Source: an uncultured delta proteobacterium
Lineage (GTDB): Bacteria > Desulfobacterota > Binatia > HRBIN30 > BPIQ01
Assembly (NCBI GenBank): GCA_963761335.1
Contig: CAVXGR010000015.1
Span: 352,001 to 416,000, forward strand
Length of the DNA: 64,000 nucleotides
Direction: 5' to 3'
The translations under genes and the position numbers were made by a program. Below, piece after piece: positions 29,406-39,920 of the stretch. A model generated the notes under the pieces. It worked only from the letters and a program-made list of their open reading frames with translations. It did no database searches and was not told the DNA's origin. Every line of letters begins with the position of its first letter. Position 1 is the first letter of the stretch.

Positions 29406-30077
29406 ATGAGCAAAGAGCCCGTCTATCCCAGCGACGTGGCCCTGACCCCAGCGGTCAAAGCGGTCCAGACCCGCAAGGGCTCCCGCCGCGGCTATGCGAG
29501 CATGGAGCGTCGCGGCTCATGGGAGACCCGCATCACGCCCGATCTCGCCGAGTTCATCGAACGTCAGATCAGCGTCTTCCTCGGCACGGCCAACACGAGC
29601 GGCCAGCCCTATATTCAGCACCGCGGCGGGCCGCCTGGATTTCTCAAGCCGCTCGACGACCGGACCATCGGCTTCGCCGACTTCGCCGGCAACCGCCAAT
29701 ACATCACTCAGGGCAATCTCGCCGAGAACCCGAAGGCCATCCTCTTTCTGATCGACTACACCGCCCAGCAGCGCGTGAAGATCTGGGGCGAGGCGCGCGT
29801 CGTCGAGGATGATCCGGGTCTGATCGCCAAGCTGATGCCGGAGGGCTACCAGGCGCGGCCCGAGCAGGCGATCCTCTTGACCCTCTCGGCCTGGGACGCC
29901 AACTGCCCGCAACATATACCCCAGCGCTTCGAAGCCGCGGAGGTAACCGCGATGCTCGCCGAGCGCGACAAGCGCATCGGCGCCCTGCAAGCGGAGGTGG
30001 AGCGACTGCGTAGAGGCAGCTCGAGCGGGCAAAGTCAAAGTCTTCCAGAAGACAAAAAAGAAGGAGGCCATCGATGA
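29406..30077 (+). CDS. Pyridoxamine 5'-phosphate oxidase-like FMN-binding protein
   Basis: [35 protein letters not shown]. Confidence 0.88.
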   Translation: MSKEPVYPSDVALTPAVKAVQTRKGSRRGYASMERRGSWETRITPDLAEFIERQISVFLGTANTSGQPYIQHRGGPPGFLKPLDDRTIGFADFAGNRQYITQGNLAENPKAILFLIDYTAQQRVKIWGEARVVEDDPGLIAKLMPEGYQARPEQAILLTLSAWDANCPQHIPQRFEAAEVTAMLAERDKRIGALQAEVERLRRGSSSGQSQSLPEDKKEGGHR

Positions 30078-30898
30078 GCACGATCACGACGAAGGACGGT
30101 ACGCAAATCTATTACAAGGATTGGGGCACGGGGCAGCCCATCGTTTTCAGCCACGGCTGGCCGCTGTCTGCCGATGATTGGGACACGCACATGCTGTTCT
30201 TCCTCAAGCACGGCTATCGCGTCATCGCCCACGACCGGCGCGGCCATGGCCGCTCCACCCAGACCGGGGACGGCCATGACATGGATCACTACGCCGACGA
30301 CCTGGCGGCGCTCACCGCACATCTCGACCTCAAGGGAGCGGTGCATGTCGGCCACTCGACCGGCGGCGGCGAAGTGGTGCGCTACCTGGGACGCCACGGC
30401 GAAACCCGGGTCGCAAAAGCGGCGATCATCAGCGCCGTGCCGCCGCTCATGGTAAAGACGGCGGCCAATCCGGGCGGGCTGGCCAAGGAGGTGTTCGACG
30501 GGCTTCAGGCGCAGCTCGCCGCCAGCCGAGCCCAGTTCTATTACGATCTGCCGGCTGGACCGTTCTACGGTTACAACCGGCCTGGGGCGAAACCCTCTCA
30601 GGCGGTAATCTGGAACTGGTGGCGCCAGAGCATGATGGGAGGCGCCAAGGCGCATTATGACGGCGTCGTCGCCTTCTCCCAGACGGACTTCACCGAAGAC
30701 CTGAAGAAGATCACCGTGCCGGTTCTGGTGATGCATGGCGATGACGACCAGATCGTGCCTTATGCCGATTCGGCACCGCTGTCGGCAAAGTTACTGAAGA
30801 ATGGCACATTGAAGACCTACAAGGGCTTCCCGCACGGGATGCCTACTACGCAGGCGGAGACGATCGACACCGATCTGCTGGCATTCCTGAAGAGCTGA
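30074..30898 (+). CDS. Non-heme chloroperoxidase-like alpha/beta hydrolase
   Basis: [36 protein letters not shown]. Confidence 0.93.
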   Translation: MSTITTKDGTQIYYKDWGTGQPIVFSHGWPLSADDWDTHMLFFLKHGYRVIAHDRRGHGRSTQTGDGHDMDHYADDLAALTAHLDLKGAVHVGHSTGGGEVVRYLGRHGETRVAKAAIISAVPPLMVKTAANPGGLAKEVFDGLQAQLAASRAQFYYDLPAGPFYGYNRPGAKPSQAVIWNWWRQSMMGGAKAHYDGVVAFSQTDFTEDLKKITVPVLVMHGDDDQIVPYADSAPLSAKLLKNGTLKTYKGFPHGMPTTQAETIDTDLLAFLKS

Positions 30899-30947
30899 TT
30901 GGCGAAGGCGTGATCGCACCGATGGCCGCACCGAGGAGGCGACCGCA

Positions 30948-31868
30948 ATGTTGGTGAATCCGAAGGCGTATCTGCTGCGGGCCAGACGCGAGGGCTGGGC
31001 GCTGGGAGGTTTCAACGTCTTCAATTTCGAATCGACGCGTGCCGTCGTCGACGCCGCCGAGGAAGCGGCGGCGCCGGTGCTGTTGCAGACGTCCGAGGGA
31101 GCGGTGAAACATGCCGGGCTCGACAACCTGGTGGCGATTGCACGCCAGTTGGTTGGCCGGACCGAGACACCGGTTGCGTTACATCTCGACCACGGCAAGA
31201 GCGAGGCGCTGGCGCGCGCCGCAGTCGATGCCGGCTACACCTCGGTGATGATCGACGCTTCGCGTGAATCCTTCGACGAGAACCTGCGCGAGACGCGCGA
31301 TATCGTCGAGTATGCACACCGGCGAGGCGTCCACGTCGAAGCCGAGCTCGGTACCCTGGGTGGCATCGAGGACCTGGGCGAACAGGCGGTGCGCTCGATG
31401 CTCACCGATCCCGATCAGGCCGCGCGCTTCGCGGCCGAGACCGAGGTCGACGCCCTGGCGATCGCCATCGGCACCTCACACGGCGCCTCCAAATTCAGCG
31501 GCCAGCCGCGGCTCGATTTCGCTCGACTGGAAGAGATCGCAAGGCGCATCCCGCAGCCGATCGTGCTGCATGGTGCTTCCTCGTTGGGCGCCGACGAGGT
31601 TCGCTTCGCCGAGCGCTACGGCGCCGTGCTGCCGCATGCGCAGGGCGTCCCACCCGAGCTCATCCGCAAGGCCGTGTCCCTCGGCGTTGCCAAGGTCAAC
31701 ACCGACTCGGACCTGCGTCTGGCGGCGCTCGGACGCCTTCGCCAAGTCCTCGTAGAACGCCCGGACATCTTCAACCTCTACGAGCTGATGGGCGAGGTCG
31801 AAGCGGCCATTCGCGATGCGGTGGCCGCGCGGATCAACGTGCTGGGAAGCCGCGGCAAGGCAAAGTGA
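30948..31868 (+). CDS. fba: Class II fructose-bisphosphate aldolase
   Basis: LHLDHG, SVMIDAS, VEAELG, IGTSHG, VLHGAS, KVNTDSD. Confidence 0.9.
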   Translation: MLVNPKAYLLRARREGWALGGFNVFNFESTRAVVDAAEEAAAPVLLQTSEGAVKHAGLDNLVAIARQLVGRTETPVALHLDHGKSEALARAAVDAGYTSVMIDASRESFDENLRETRDIVEYAHRRGVHVEAELGTLGGIEDLGEQAVRSMLTDPDQAARFAAETEVDALAIAIGTSHGASKFSGQPRLDFARLEEIARRIPQPIVLHGASSLGADEVRFAERYGAVLPHAQGVPPELIRKAVSLGVAKVNTDSDLRLAALGRLRQVLVERPDIFNLYELMGEVEAAIRDAVAARINVLGSRGKAK

Positions 31869-31962
31869 CCCGGAGAAGATCATGCGCTGCATCAAGCCCA
31901 GCAACACGGATGTAAACTACTGGCCGACACCGAACGGAAGCATGCGGGAGAGGGACGTTACG

Positions 31963-32523
31963 ATGATCGGAGGTGAGTGGCGCCACCCCAGCCGGCGCCC
32001 GCCGCAGCTGGCGTTCGCGGTCTCGATTCTCCTGCTGGCGTTGAGCGGCTTGGCCCTGCTTTGGGCTCCCGGTGTCGCCCGGGCTGCCGATACGACCGCC
32101 GCGGCGGCTGCGCCGCATCGCATGTCGGCAGCCGAGATGCAGGCGTTTCTGGCGCAACCCCTGGTGGCGCGCCTGGCCACCGTGCGCGCCAACGGCAGCC
32201 CGCAGATCACCCCGATGTGGTACCTGTGGGACGACGGCAAGATCTACATGAGCACGCGCAGCTTTGCCGCCAAGGTGAAGCACATCCGCAAGAACCCGCG
32301 GGTTGCCGTGGTCATCGACGTCATGGAGGCGCCGTTCAAGAACAAGAGCGTCAACCTCGAGGGCACCGCCGAGATCGTCACCACCGACGTCGCCGCGATG
32401 ACCGCCAAGATCCGCAAGCGCTACCTCGCCCTCGCCCCGGGGGCCCATCCGCCGGACAATGCCCCGCGCGTGATCATCCGCATCACGCCGAAGAGGATCG
32501 AGACCGCGGATACGACGCACTGA
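31963..32523 (+). CDS. PPOX-class (F420/FMN split-barrel) protein with signal-peptide-like N-terminus
   Basis: ARLATVRANGSPQITPMWY, KVKHIRKNPRVAV; hydrophobic leader ending ARA. Confidence 0.8.
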   Translation: MIGGEWRHPSRRPPQLAFAVSILLLALSGLALLWAPGVARAADTTAAAAAPHRMSAAEMQAFLAQPLVARLATVRANGSPQITPMWYLWDDGKIYMSTRSFAAKVKHIRKNPRVAVVIDVMEAPFKNKSVNLEGTAEIVTTDVAAMTAKIRKRYLALAPGAHPPDNAPRVIIRITPKRIETADTTH

Positions 32524-32538
32524 ACGGGCGCCCCGCAA

Positions 32539-35097
32539 GTGCGAGCCGCTCTTGTCAACTCCGTTGCGCCGGGGAAGAGTGCTACCGACGTGTCGCTCTC
32601 CGGCCACCTCCGTACTTTTTCCCGCGCCGTCAGCCCGGCGAATCACGAGGTCTGGGCTCGATGGCGCCGCGCCGCCGCGGTGGCCGCGATGTCGGCGGTG
32701 CTCGGCGTTGCGGCGCTCGCCCAGGAGACGCCGGCCCCGACTCTTCCGGCGCCCCCGGCGCCCGCCCTCATCCCTGTTCCGGAGGTCGCCACCCGCGCGG
32801 AGTCCGCGGCCGGCACTCTCGACGCGATGGCCTTTTCTCCCGAGAGCAACGAAGACCTGCGGGCCATTGATGCAGGGCTCCCGCGGGCCGAGCATTCGCT
32901 TGCCGACCTGCGAGCTCGCAGCGCCGGGGGGAAGATGCAGCCCGTTCCGTTGCGCGACCTCGAGGATCTCACCGATCGCGCTGCGGATCTGCGCAGCCAG
33001 CTCAAGGACTTCGCCCGCAAGTTGACCGACCTGGCCACCGAGCTCGAGCACCGCCTCGCCGAATTGAAGGCCATGCATTCGCTCTGGGTGGCGACGCGTA
33101 GCAACGCTGCGGCGTCGGCGGCGCCGGCGGCCCTGTTGAAGCGCATCGACGCGATTCTCGATGGCATCGACAAGCGGCGCGAGCAACTCAGTACTGCGCG
33201 CGAGAGCCTGCTTCTGCGCCTCGATGAGGTGGTGCAACAGCAGGCGGCCGCAGATGCGATCAACGCGCAGCTCGCGCAAGCCCGTCAACGGATCGTCGAG
33301 TCGCTGTTCGTCCGCGACAGCTTCCCGATCTGGCGCCTGCAGCGTCCCAGCGGCACTTGGCAGGAGGTACCGCAGCGCTTGCGCGAGACCTTCGCGGCCG
33401 ATGCGAGAACGGCCGCCGACTACGTCTCGCACGTGGCGCCGCGGCTGCCCTTGTTCGCGGCGCTGTACCTGCTGCTGGTGTACATCCTGCGCGGCGCAGC
33501 GCGACGTTCGCTGGGCGACGGCGAACGCGACGCCTCGCAGGACAGGGTCGCCGCCGTCGTCGAGCTGCCATACTCGTCGGCCCTTTTGCTCACCCTGCTG
33601 ATCGCGGTGTGGGCGGATCCGACCAGCCCGCGGGTGGTGCGCGAGATTCTCGCGGTCGCTGCCCTGCCCCCAATCGTGCGGATTCTGTATCAGATCATGG
33701 ACCCGGACTTGCGCCACGCTATCGACGTGCTGGCGGCGTTGTTTCTGGTCGATCGGGTCCGTGCCCTGTGCTACTCCGTGCCGCTGCTCGAGCAGGCGAT
33801 CTTCGTCGTCGAGATGGCGGTAACGCTGCTCCTGCTGATCTTGTTCGTCCGCTTCGACATCGCACAAGTGGCGGCGGCGCGCGAAGGCCCCGATCCGGTG
33901 AGCCGATGGACGAGCCGCGGGTTCCGCTCGGCCATCGTGCTCTCCGCCTTCGCCCTGCTCGCGGGAGCGCTGGGTTTCATGCAGCTTGCCCGCGTGATCG
34001 CCAACACCGTGCTCGGCGCCGCCTACCTGGGAACGTCCCTGTACGCTGCCTACCGCGTCGCCGATGGTCTCGTCGTCTACGGAGTGCGCTCGCGGCCAGC
34101 GCGGCTGCTCCTCATGCTGCAGCGCCGTCGCGCGCTGGTCCAGACCTTCGTCCTGCGCTTCCTTCGCTGGGCTGCCTTCGCACTCTGGGCCACCGTGGTC
34201 CTGCGGTTCGCAGGCATCTTCGACCGCCTGATCGGCACCGCTGCCGGCGTGCTCGGTGCCAAGCTCTCGTACGGGGCGTTCTCACTATCCCTCGGAGACG
34301 TGGTGGTGTTCGCGCTCACCCTGTGGCTTGCCTCGCAGGTCTCGCGCTTCCTCCGCTTCGTGTTGGAAGAGGACGTCTACCCCCGCTTACCCCTCTCCAA
34401 GGGCCTGCCGTACGCGGTCTCCACCGTCGCACACTACACCATCCTGTCCATCGGTTTCTTCATCGGTCTGGCCGCACTCGGACTCGATTTCACCCGCTTC
34501 TCGCTGCTCGCCGGCGCCTTCGGCGTCGGCATCGGTTTCGGTCTGCAGAACGTGGTGAACAACTTCGTCTCCGGCCTCATCCTGCTCTTCGAGCGGCCGG
34601 TTCAAGTCGGCGACACGGTTGCGATCGGCGATCTGATGGGCGACGTGAAGAGGATCGGAATCCGTTCCAGCACCATCCGCACCTGGGAGGGCGCCGAAGT
34701 CATCGTCCCCAACGCAAGCCTGATCTCGGATCCAGTGACGAATTGGACCCACTCCGACCGCATGCGGCGCATCGACATTTCGGTCGGCGTCGCTTACGGC
34801 ACCGACCCGGAACGCGTGTTGGAGCTGCTGCGGTCGGTGGCGCGCGGCCACAAGGCGGTCGCCTCGAGCCCGGAAGCCGTCGCCCTGTTCATGGGCTTCG
34901 GCGACAGCTCCCTTGATTTTCAGCTGCGCGTCTGGACCGATCGCTTCGAGAGCTGGGTGCAGATTCGCAGCGAGCTCACGGTCGGCATCCACACGGCGCT
35001 GCGCGACGCCGGGATCACCATCCCGTTCCCGCAGCGCGACGTGCACCTCTTCCTACCCGAAAACGTCGAGACGGAAGAGGGCGACTCGGAGTCCTGA
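32539..35097 (+). CDS. MscS/MscK-type mechanosensitive channel (start may be 32689)
   Basis: Coiled-coil region, many TMs, GIGFGLQNVVNNFVSG, VGVAYGTDP, IPFPQRD. Confidence 0.9.
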   Translation: MRAALVNSVAPGKSATDVSLSGHLRTFSRAVSPANHEVWARWRRAAAVAAMSAVLGVAALAQETPAPTLPAPPAPALIPVPEVATRAESAAGTLDAMAFSPESNEDLRAIDAGLPRAEHSLADLRARSAGGKMQPVPLRDLEDLTDRAADLRSQLKDFARKLTDLATELEHRLAELKAMHSLWVATRSNAAASAAPAALLKRIDAILDGIDKRREQLSTARESLLLRLDEVVQQQAAADAINAQLAQARQRIVESLFVRDSFPIWRLQRPSGTWQEVPQRLRETFAADARTAADYVSHVAPRLPLFAALYLLLVYILRGAARRSLGDGERDASQDRVAAVVELPYSSALLLTLLIAVWADPTSPRVVREILAVAALPPIVRILYQIMDPDLRHAIDVLAALFLVDRVRALCYSVPLLEQAIFVVEMAVTLLLLILFVRFDIAQVAAAREGPDPVSRWTSRGFRSAIVLSAFALLAGALGFMQLARVIANTVLGAAYLGTSLYAAYRVADGLVVYGVRSRPARLLLMLQRRRALVQTFVLRFLRWAAFALWATVVLRFAGIFDRLIGTAAGVLGAKLSYGAFSLSLGDVVVFALTLWLASQVSRFLRFVLEEDVYPRLPLSKGLPYAVSTVAHYTILSIGFFIGLAALGLDFTRFSLLAGAFGVGIGFGLQNVVNNFVSGLILLFERPVQVGDTVAIGDLMGDVKRIGIRSSTIRTWEGAEVIVPNASLISDPVTNWTHSDRMRRIDISVGVAYGTDPERVLELLRSVARGHKAVASSPEAVALFMGFGDSSLDFQLRVWTDRFESWVQIRSELTVGIHTALRDAGITIPFPQRDVHLFLPENVETEEGDSES

Positions 35098-35629
35098 GGG
35101 CCAGGCCCGTTGATCCCGGCGCGCTTCAGCGCCGGCCGTGCCGTCGAAATCACACGCAAATACCGGCAGTACATCTCTTCCCGATCAGCGTGCCGTCCAC
35201 AACACCCAACAGGCGAGGGCCGTCGACGCGGCAAAGACGAAGAGCCCGACCAGCGCCAGAGCATCGCTCAAGGTCATGAGAACCTGGTGAACTTCGGTGA
35301 GGAGGCGCTGCCACCGGAATGCGATGGGTGGCGACCCCTGCCATCCTTTGAAGCTCCTCCTCCAAGAGATCTAGGGCAAATTGCGGGCCACAAAGGTGCT
35401 TCGGGGTTCGAGGAGGGAAGAAGGGACAGGTGCTTCCCGGTCACGCAAATGCCGAAGGTTGGATCGGCAAAGTTGGGAATCTCGCATCTCTGCAAGCCGG
35501 CGAGGGCTCGGCGAGCCATATGGCGTGAATGGGCACCTCGCGGATCTGAGAAGAATCTGGCGGACCGCAGCAGGAACGCATTGGCGTCGCTCCGGCGGCG
35601 TATTTGCTGGAGGTGTGCCCGGGTGCCCA

Positions 35630-35726
35630 CGCAGAGCTCCGAAGTGGTGGCCATTCTCAACCAAGTCGGCGATCTGCTCGAGATCGAGGGGGCGAACCCG
35701 TTCCGCGTCCGCGCCTACCGCAAGCC
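35630..35726 (+). pseudogene. N-terminal fragment of DNA polymerase X family gene
   Basis: EVVAILNQVGDLLEIEGANPFRVRAYRK with no continuation. Confidence 0.65.
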
Positions 35727-36021
35727 GCCCGCGCTGGGAATGGCGGGTCCGGTGCGGCGGCGAGCCCGGCCGACGTGACAACACGCGGTCCTGGCCGCAG
35801 CTGGAGAAGCTGCTGCGCCGGCGTTGACAGGATTTCAGGCTGAGACCGAAGCATGCGCGCCCGCCATCCACATGACGATCGCCGACCCCTTGGCCACAAG
35901 CGCAGCAGCGAAGCGATACCGCTGAGGCTGATCACCCCGGAGCAAGGCCCCGCCGCTCCGCGATCCGATCTCGTTCCGTCCGTGTGTCTGGCCATCTTCA
36001 CGGCGGTGCGGATCGGTCTCG

Positions 36022-36567
36022 ATGGAGCCGCGCTACCCCGAGGACTGGCTGCTGGAGAATCTCCTCACCTTTGCCTGCGTGCCCGCCGCCGTGTTGACCT
36101 ATCGGCGTTTCCGCTTCACCGATCAGGCCTACGTCCAGGCGCTGCTCTTCCTGATCCTCCACACCGTCGGCAGCCACTACACCTATTCCCATGTGCCGCT
36201 GGGCGACTGGGCACAGGAGGTCTTCGGTTTCTCCCGCAACCACTACGATCGGCTGGTGCATTTCTCCTTCGGCCTCTTGATGCTGCGACCGATGCGCGAG
36301 CTCGTCATCCGCCGGCCGAAGGTGCTCGGACACGCCGCCGTATTCTTCCTGAGCTTCGCGGCGATCGCCTGCCTCAGCCTCGGCTATGAGATGCTCGAGT
36401 GGACGGTGGCGGCGGTGGTCGATCCGTCCGCCGGCACCGCCTACCTCGGCACCCAGGGAGACGTTTGGGACGCGCAGAAGGATTCGGCGTTTGCCTGCGC
36501 CGGCGCGCTCATCGCCGCCGCCATCGACGGCTGGCAACTGCGCGAGGGGCCGCGGAGCGCGGCATAG
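36022..36567 (+). CDS. DUF2238/YjdF-like membrane protein (first TM probably frameshifted upstream)
   Basis: DWLLEN, HYTYSHVP, RNHYDRLVHF, LGTQGDVWDAQKD. Confidence 0.85.
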   Translation: MEPRYPEDWLLENLLTFACVPAAVLTYRRFRFTDQAYVQALLFLILHTVGSHYTYSHVPLGDWAQEVFGFSRNHYDRLVHFSFGLLMLRPMRELVIRRPKVLGHAAVFFLSFAAIACLSLGYEMLEWTVAAVVDPSAGTAYLGTQGDVWDAQKDSAFACAGALIAAAIDGWQLREGPRSAA

Positions 36568-36636
36568 CGACTCCCCTTTTCGGGAGAGCCCCGGAGCGGA
36601 AGCGAGGCCGACACGCCATCTCCGTCGGGCCGCGGC

Positions 36637-37634
36637 TCATTTCCAGTGGCAGGAGGCGCAGGCCTCTTCCCCCGCGCCGATCAGCAGGGGGTCGTTGCCA
36701 CGATCGCCGTCTCGATAGAGCGCCACCCGCGCCGCGGCATCGGCGATGCGCTCGTCGGCGATCGATTTGAAGCGCCAGGTGGCGGTGTCGGAGAGAGAAG
36801 CGGCGAGCCGATAGTAGACGAGCGCCTGCTGGAGGTTGCCGGCCTTGGCGTAGAGATCGCCGAAGAGAACCAGTGACCCCTGCAGGTTGTGCGGCGCCTT
36901 GCCCTCGTTGCCGCAGATCTTGGTTTCCACCGAGGGGTTGCAGCTGGCGATGGCGGCCTCGATGTAGCCGATCGCCTCCTCGAACAGCGGGTCGTCGGGC
37001 GCCACCACCGGCGCCACCGCGCCGACGAAGGAGAAGCTGTTGAACTTCGCATAGAGCGGAATGGAATCCCGCAACTGCTGTAGCCCGAGGGCGCGCAGCG
37101 AGTCGTTGCCGTTGAGCACGCCGTTGGTGTAGGTGGCGGCGCCGCGGAAGCCGGGAATGCGCGGATCGTCGGGAAGCAGGGGCACAGCGGCATCCAGGGC
37201 CTGTTGCGCGAGGACGATCTCCTGCTTGTCGAAATCGCTGGGATGCTGGTAGCCGCGCAGGTCCTGGCCGAGCCGGTAGAAGTGCATCATGCCGAGGAGG
37301 AAGTAGGAGCGCCCGTCCGCGGGGTTCTCGGCGACGGCACCTTCGAGCAGCTGAATGGTTCCCTCGGCGCGATCGTCGACTCCCCACAGCGTGTCGAAGA
37401 AAGCGCTCTCGCCCGCCGCCGCCAGGCTGATCGCAGTCGCCGTTGCCGTGGGCAGCGGCGAGGCGGTGTCGGTCGGCGCCGGCGTGGCCGTCTCGGTCGC
37501 CGTGATCGTCGGTTTGGCGGCACGGTCGCGGTGGCCGTTGGCGCCGGCTGCGGCGCGATGCCGTCGTCGCAGCCGGCGATCGAGGACAGCAGCACGAGGG
37601 CGAGCAGGATCGGTCGGACGGTGTGGGCGCGCAT
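36637..37634 (-). CDS. Putative lipoprotein with PT linker, helical domain and terminal CxxCH; frameshift near 37513
   Basis: Lipobox IAGC in ORF 37287-37634; continues TITATETATP...YFLLGMMHFY...ACASCHWK in the 36637 frame. Confidence 0.7.
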
Positions 37635-37696
37635 CGAGGCCCGCTATAAGAAGGTTTCGACATAGTCAAACCGACGCTGCCGGGCTGGGTTCGGCC

Positions 37697-38322
37697 GGGG
37701 ACAGTGCCTTTTGGGGGCCGTGCGGCTCGCCAGTAGACGATGAAAATGGACGGCGTCCTGATTCACTGATCAGACGCTTGCGAGGATCTTTCCGCGCCAC
37801 GGGGGCGGGGCTCATCTCCCCGGATCTGTCCTCGGGGAGAGGATCAAGGTGAGGGGTCCCTGTCACTGAAGGCTCGTGAATCTCCCCGGCTTTCACCGAG
37901 ATCGGCACCCTCACCCTGAGCCTCTCCCGCCAAGTAATGCGGGAGAGGGAACCCGCCCCCGAAGCGTACCCAATGGATTTTCGAAGCAGGCAACTTTTCG
38001 GCTACGAGATCAGCAGCGACGACACATCGCGAGCCGGAAGAGTCGCCTGCTTCGAAAATGTCTTGGGTGAAGGTCTGGTCCATGAGCCTCCCACGCACCC
38101 CGCGGCGATCATCGGCGTACAGGCGCGACATCGACGACGATTTGCCCGCGCCCCTGGAGGGGCGCGTATGACGGAGCGCGCACTTTTCCCCGGGTTTCAC
38201 CCGGGGCTAGACGCCGCCGCCCCTCCGGGGCGAACTTCGCGCAGGCGAGGAACCTCCAGATTCTCTTGCCGGGGCAGATCCCCTCTACTGGTGAGCGGCA
38301 AGGCTCATGATGCACTGTCCCC
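37697..38322. repeat. Composite repeat element B with GGGGACAGTGC inverted ends
   Basis: 11-bp TIR; ~38080-38322 is an inverted copy of ~56833-57087; internal CCTCTCCC hairpins. Confidence 0.75.
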
Positions 38323-38364
38323 GGTTGCTTGAAGTCGCCCCGCACCGCGACTAAAGATGCTGCT

Positions 38365-38904
38365 ATGGCCTACGAAGAGATCGAGCTGCAGCGAGACTGT
38401 GAGGCGATCGAGATTCCCGCCGGTCACGCGATCGTCATTCCCAAGGGAACGCCGGCGGTGATCACCCAGGCGTTGGGAGGGACGTACACCTTGCAGGTGA
38501 GCGGCGGACTCTACCGCGTCGACGAGAAGAATGCCGAGGCTCTCGGCAAGGAGAGCCGCGCCGACACCGCGGCGGCGCCGGCATCCGCGGGGCCGCTGGA
38601 GGAGTCGCTCGTCTGGGAGCAGTTGAAGAACGTCTACGACCCGGAGATCCCGGTGAACATCGTCGATCTCGGCCTCGTCTACGATCTGCGCGTCGACTCG
38701 GTCGCCGGCGGCGGCAGCCGCGTCGAGGTGAAGATGACGCTGACGGCGCAGGGGTGCGGCATGGGTCCGTCCATCGCCATGGATGCGCAGCGGCGCATCG
38801 AGTCGCTCCCCGGCGTCGACGAGGCCGACGTCCAGGTCGTCTGGGATCCGCCGTGGAGCCCGCAGATGATCTCGCCCGAGGGCCGCGCCAAGCTCGGCAT
38901 GTGA
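38365..38904 (+). CDS. sufT: Fe-S cluster assembly protein SufT (DUF59)
   Basis: ITQALGG, YDPEIPVNIVDLGLVY, MTLTAQGCGMG, VWDPPW. Confidence 0.88.
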   Translation: MAYEEIELQRDCEAIEIPAGHAIVIPKGTPAVITQALGGTYTLQVSGGLYRVDEKNAEALGKESRADTAAAPASAGPLEESLVWEQLKNVYDPEIPVNIVDLGLVYDLRVDSVAGGGSRVEVKMTLTAQGCGMGPSIAMDAQRRIESLPGVDEADVQVVWDPPWSPQMISPEGRAKLGM

Positions 38905-38948
38905 TCCCGGGCGCATGGAAGGCTGTCTCCCGCCGGCCGGTGGGCCGA

Positions 38949-38998
38949 GTAGAAGCGGCGTCCCGCCGCTTCGGAAAGCGCCGAGACGGCGCTTCTAC
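38949..38998. repeat. GTAG-type REP doublet, inverted orientation
   Basis: Near reverse complement of 9552-9601. Confidence 0.85.
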
Positions 38999-39018
38999 GT
39001 TGGTCGTGAGCTAACCTC

Positions 39019-39894
39019 ATGATCGCGTGGCTCGTGCGCCGGAGCGCCGGCGCCGCCTTCCTCGGCGCCGCCGTGCTGCTGCTGTGCCGCCTGCCGGCGG
39101 CGGCGGCGACTCCCGACGGCGCGGCACTCTTCCGGGCGCACTGCGCCTCGTGTCACGGCGAAGGCGGCACGGGCGACGGCCCCGACGCCTCCCTCTTCTC
39201 GCCGCCACCGGCGAAGCTGAGCAAAGACTTTCTGCAGCGCTACTCGCTCGAGGCGCTGGTGCGCCGCGTGCGCGAGGGCACGCCGCTCGACCTGCAGATG
39301 AACGTGCAGGCGCTGCGCCGCCGCGCCACCGACGTCGAGGACCTGGCGGACTACCTCCGTCGCCTCCCGGACATCGACTGGCGCCGCGCCGAGCGCGGTG
39401 AGGAGATCTACATCGAGCGCTGCGAGAGCTGCCACGGCCGCTTTGGCCACTCGCTGGCGGCGCTGCCGGCGGGAGTACGCCAGCCGCGCGATCTCTCCTC
39501 TGCCGAGGTTCGACAGAGTCTCGCGGGCGAGGCATTGGAGGTCGCGGTGCGACACGGGCGCGAGCACATGCCGGCCCTGACTCCGCGAGTGGCGGCACGA
39601 GACGTGCCGCCGCTGGTGGCCTTCGTGAGCCTGCTCTCTCCCGGCTACGAGAAGTACACGCGCTACTGCTCCAGCTGCCACGGCGACGACGGCCGCGGCG
39701 GCCACCTCCCGGTCGACGGCCTGCGCCTACCGCAGGTGACCTTCAACCGCGCCTACTTCTCCCGCACCGATCCCGAGGTGCTGCGCTCCCGCATCTGGCA
39801 CATGGCCAAGGAGGAGAAGCCGGCGATGCCCCATTACCGCGAGCGCCTGACCCCGGAAGAGGCGGCGGCGATCGTGGAATGGTTGCGGCGGTGA
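39019..39894 (+). CDS. Exported triheme c-type cytochrome
   Basis: Signal peptide; CASCH, CESCH, CSSCH; MP motifs. Confidence 0.88.
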   Translation: MIAWLVRRSAGAAFLGAAVLLLCRLPAAAATPDGAALFRAHCASCHGEGGTGDGPDASLFSPPPAKLSKDFLQRYSLEALVRRVREGTPLDLQMNVQALRRRATDVEDLADYLRRLPDIDWRRAERGEEIYIERCESCHGRFGHSLAALPAGVRQPRDLSSAEVRQSLAGEALEVAVRHGREHMPALTPRVAARDVPPLVAFVSLLSPGYEKYTRYCSSCHGDDGRGGHLPVDGLRLPQVTFNRAYFSRTDPEVLRSRIWHMAKEEKPAMPHYRERLTPEEAAAIVEWLRR

Positions 39895-39920
39895 CCCGCT
39901 CGTCTCTGCGCCTCTGCAGC

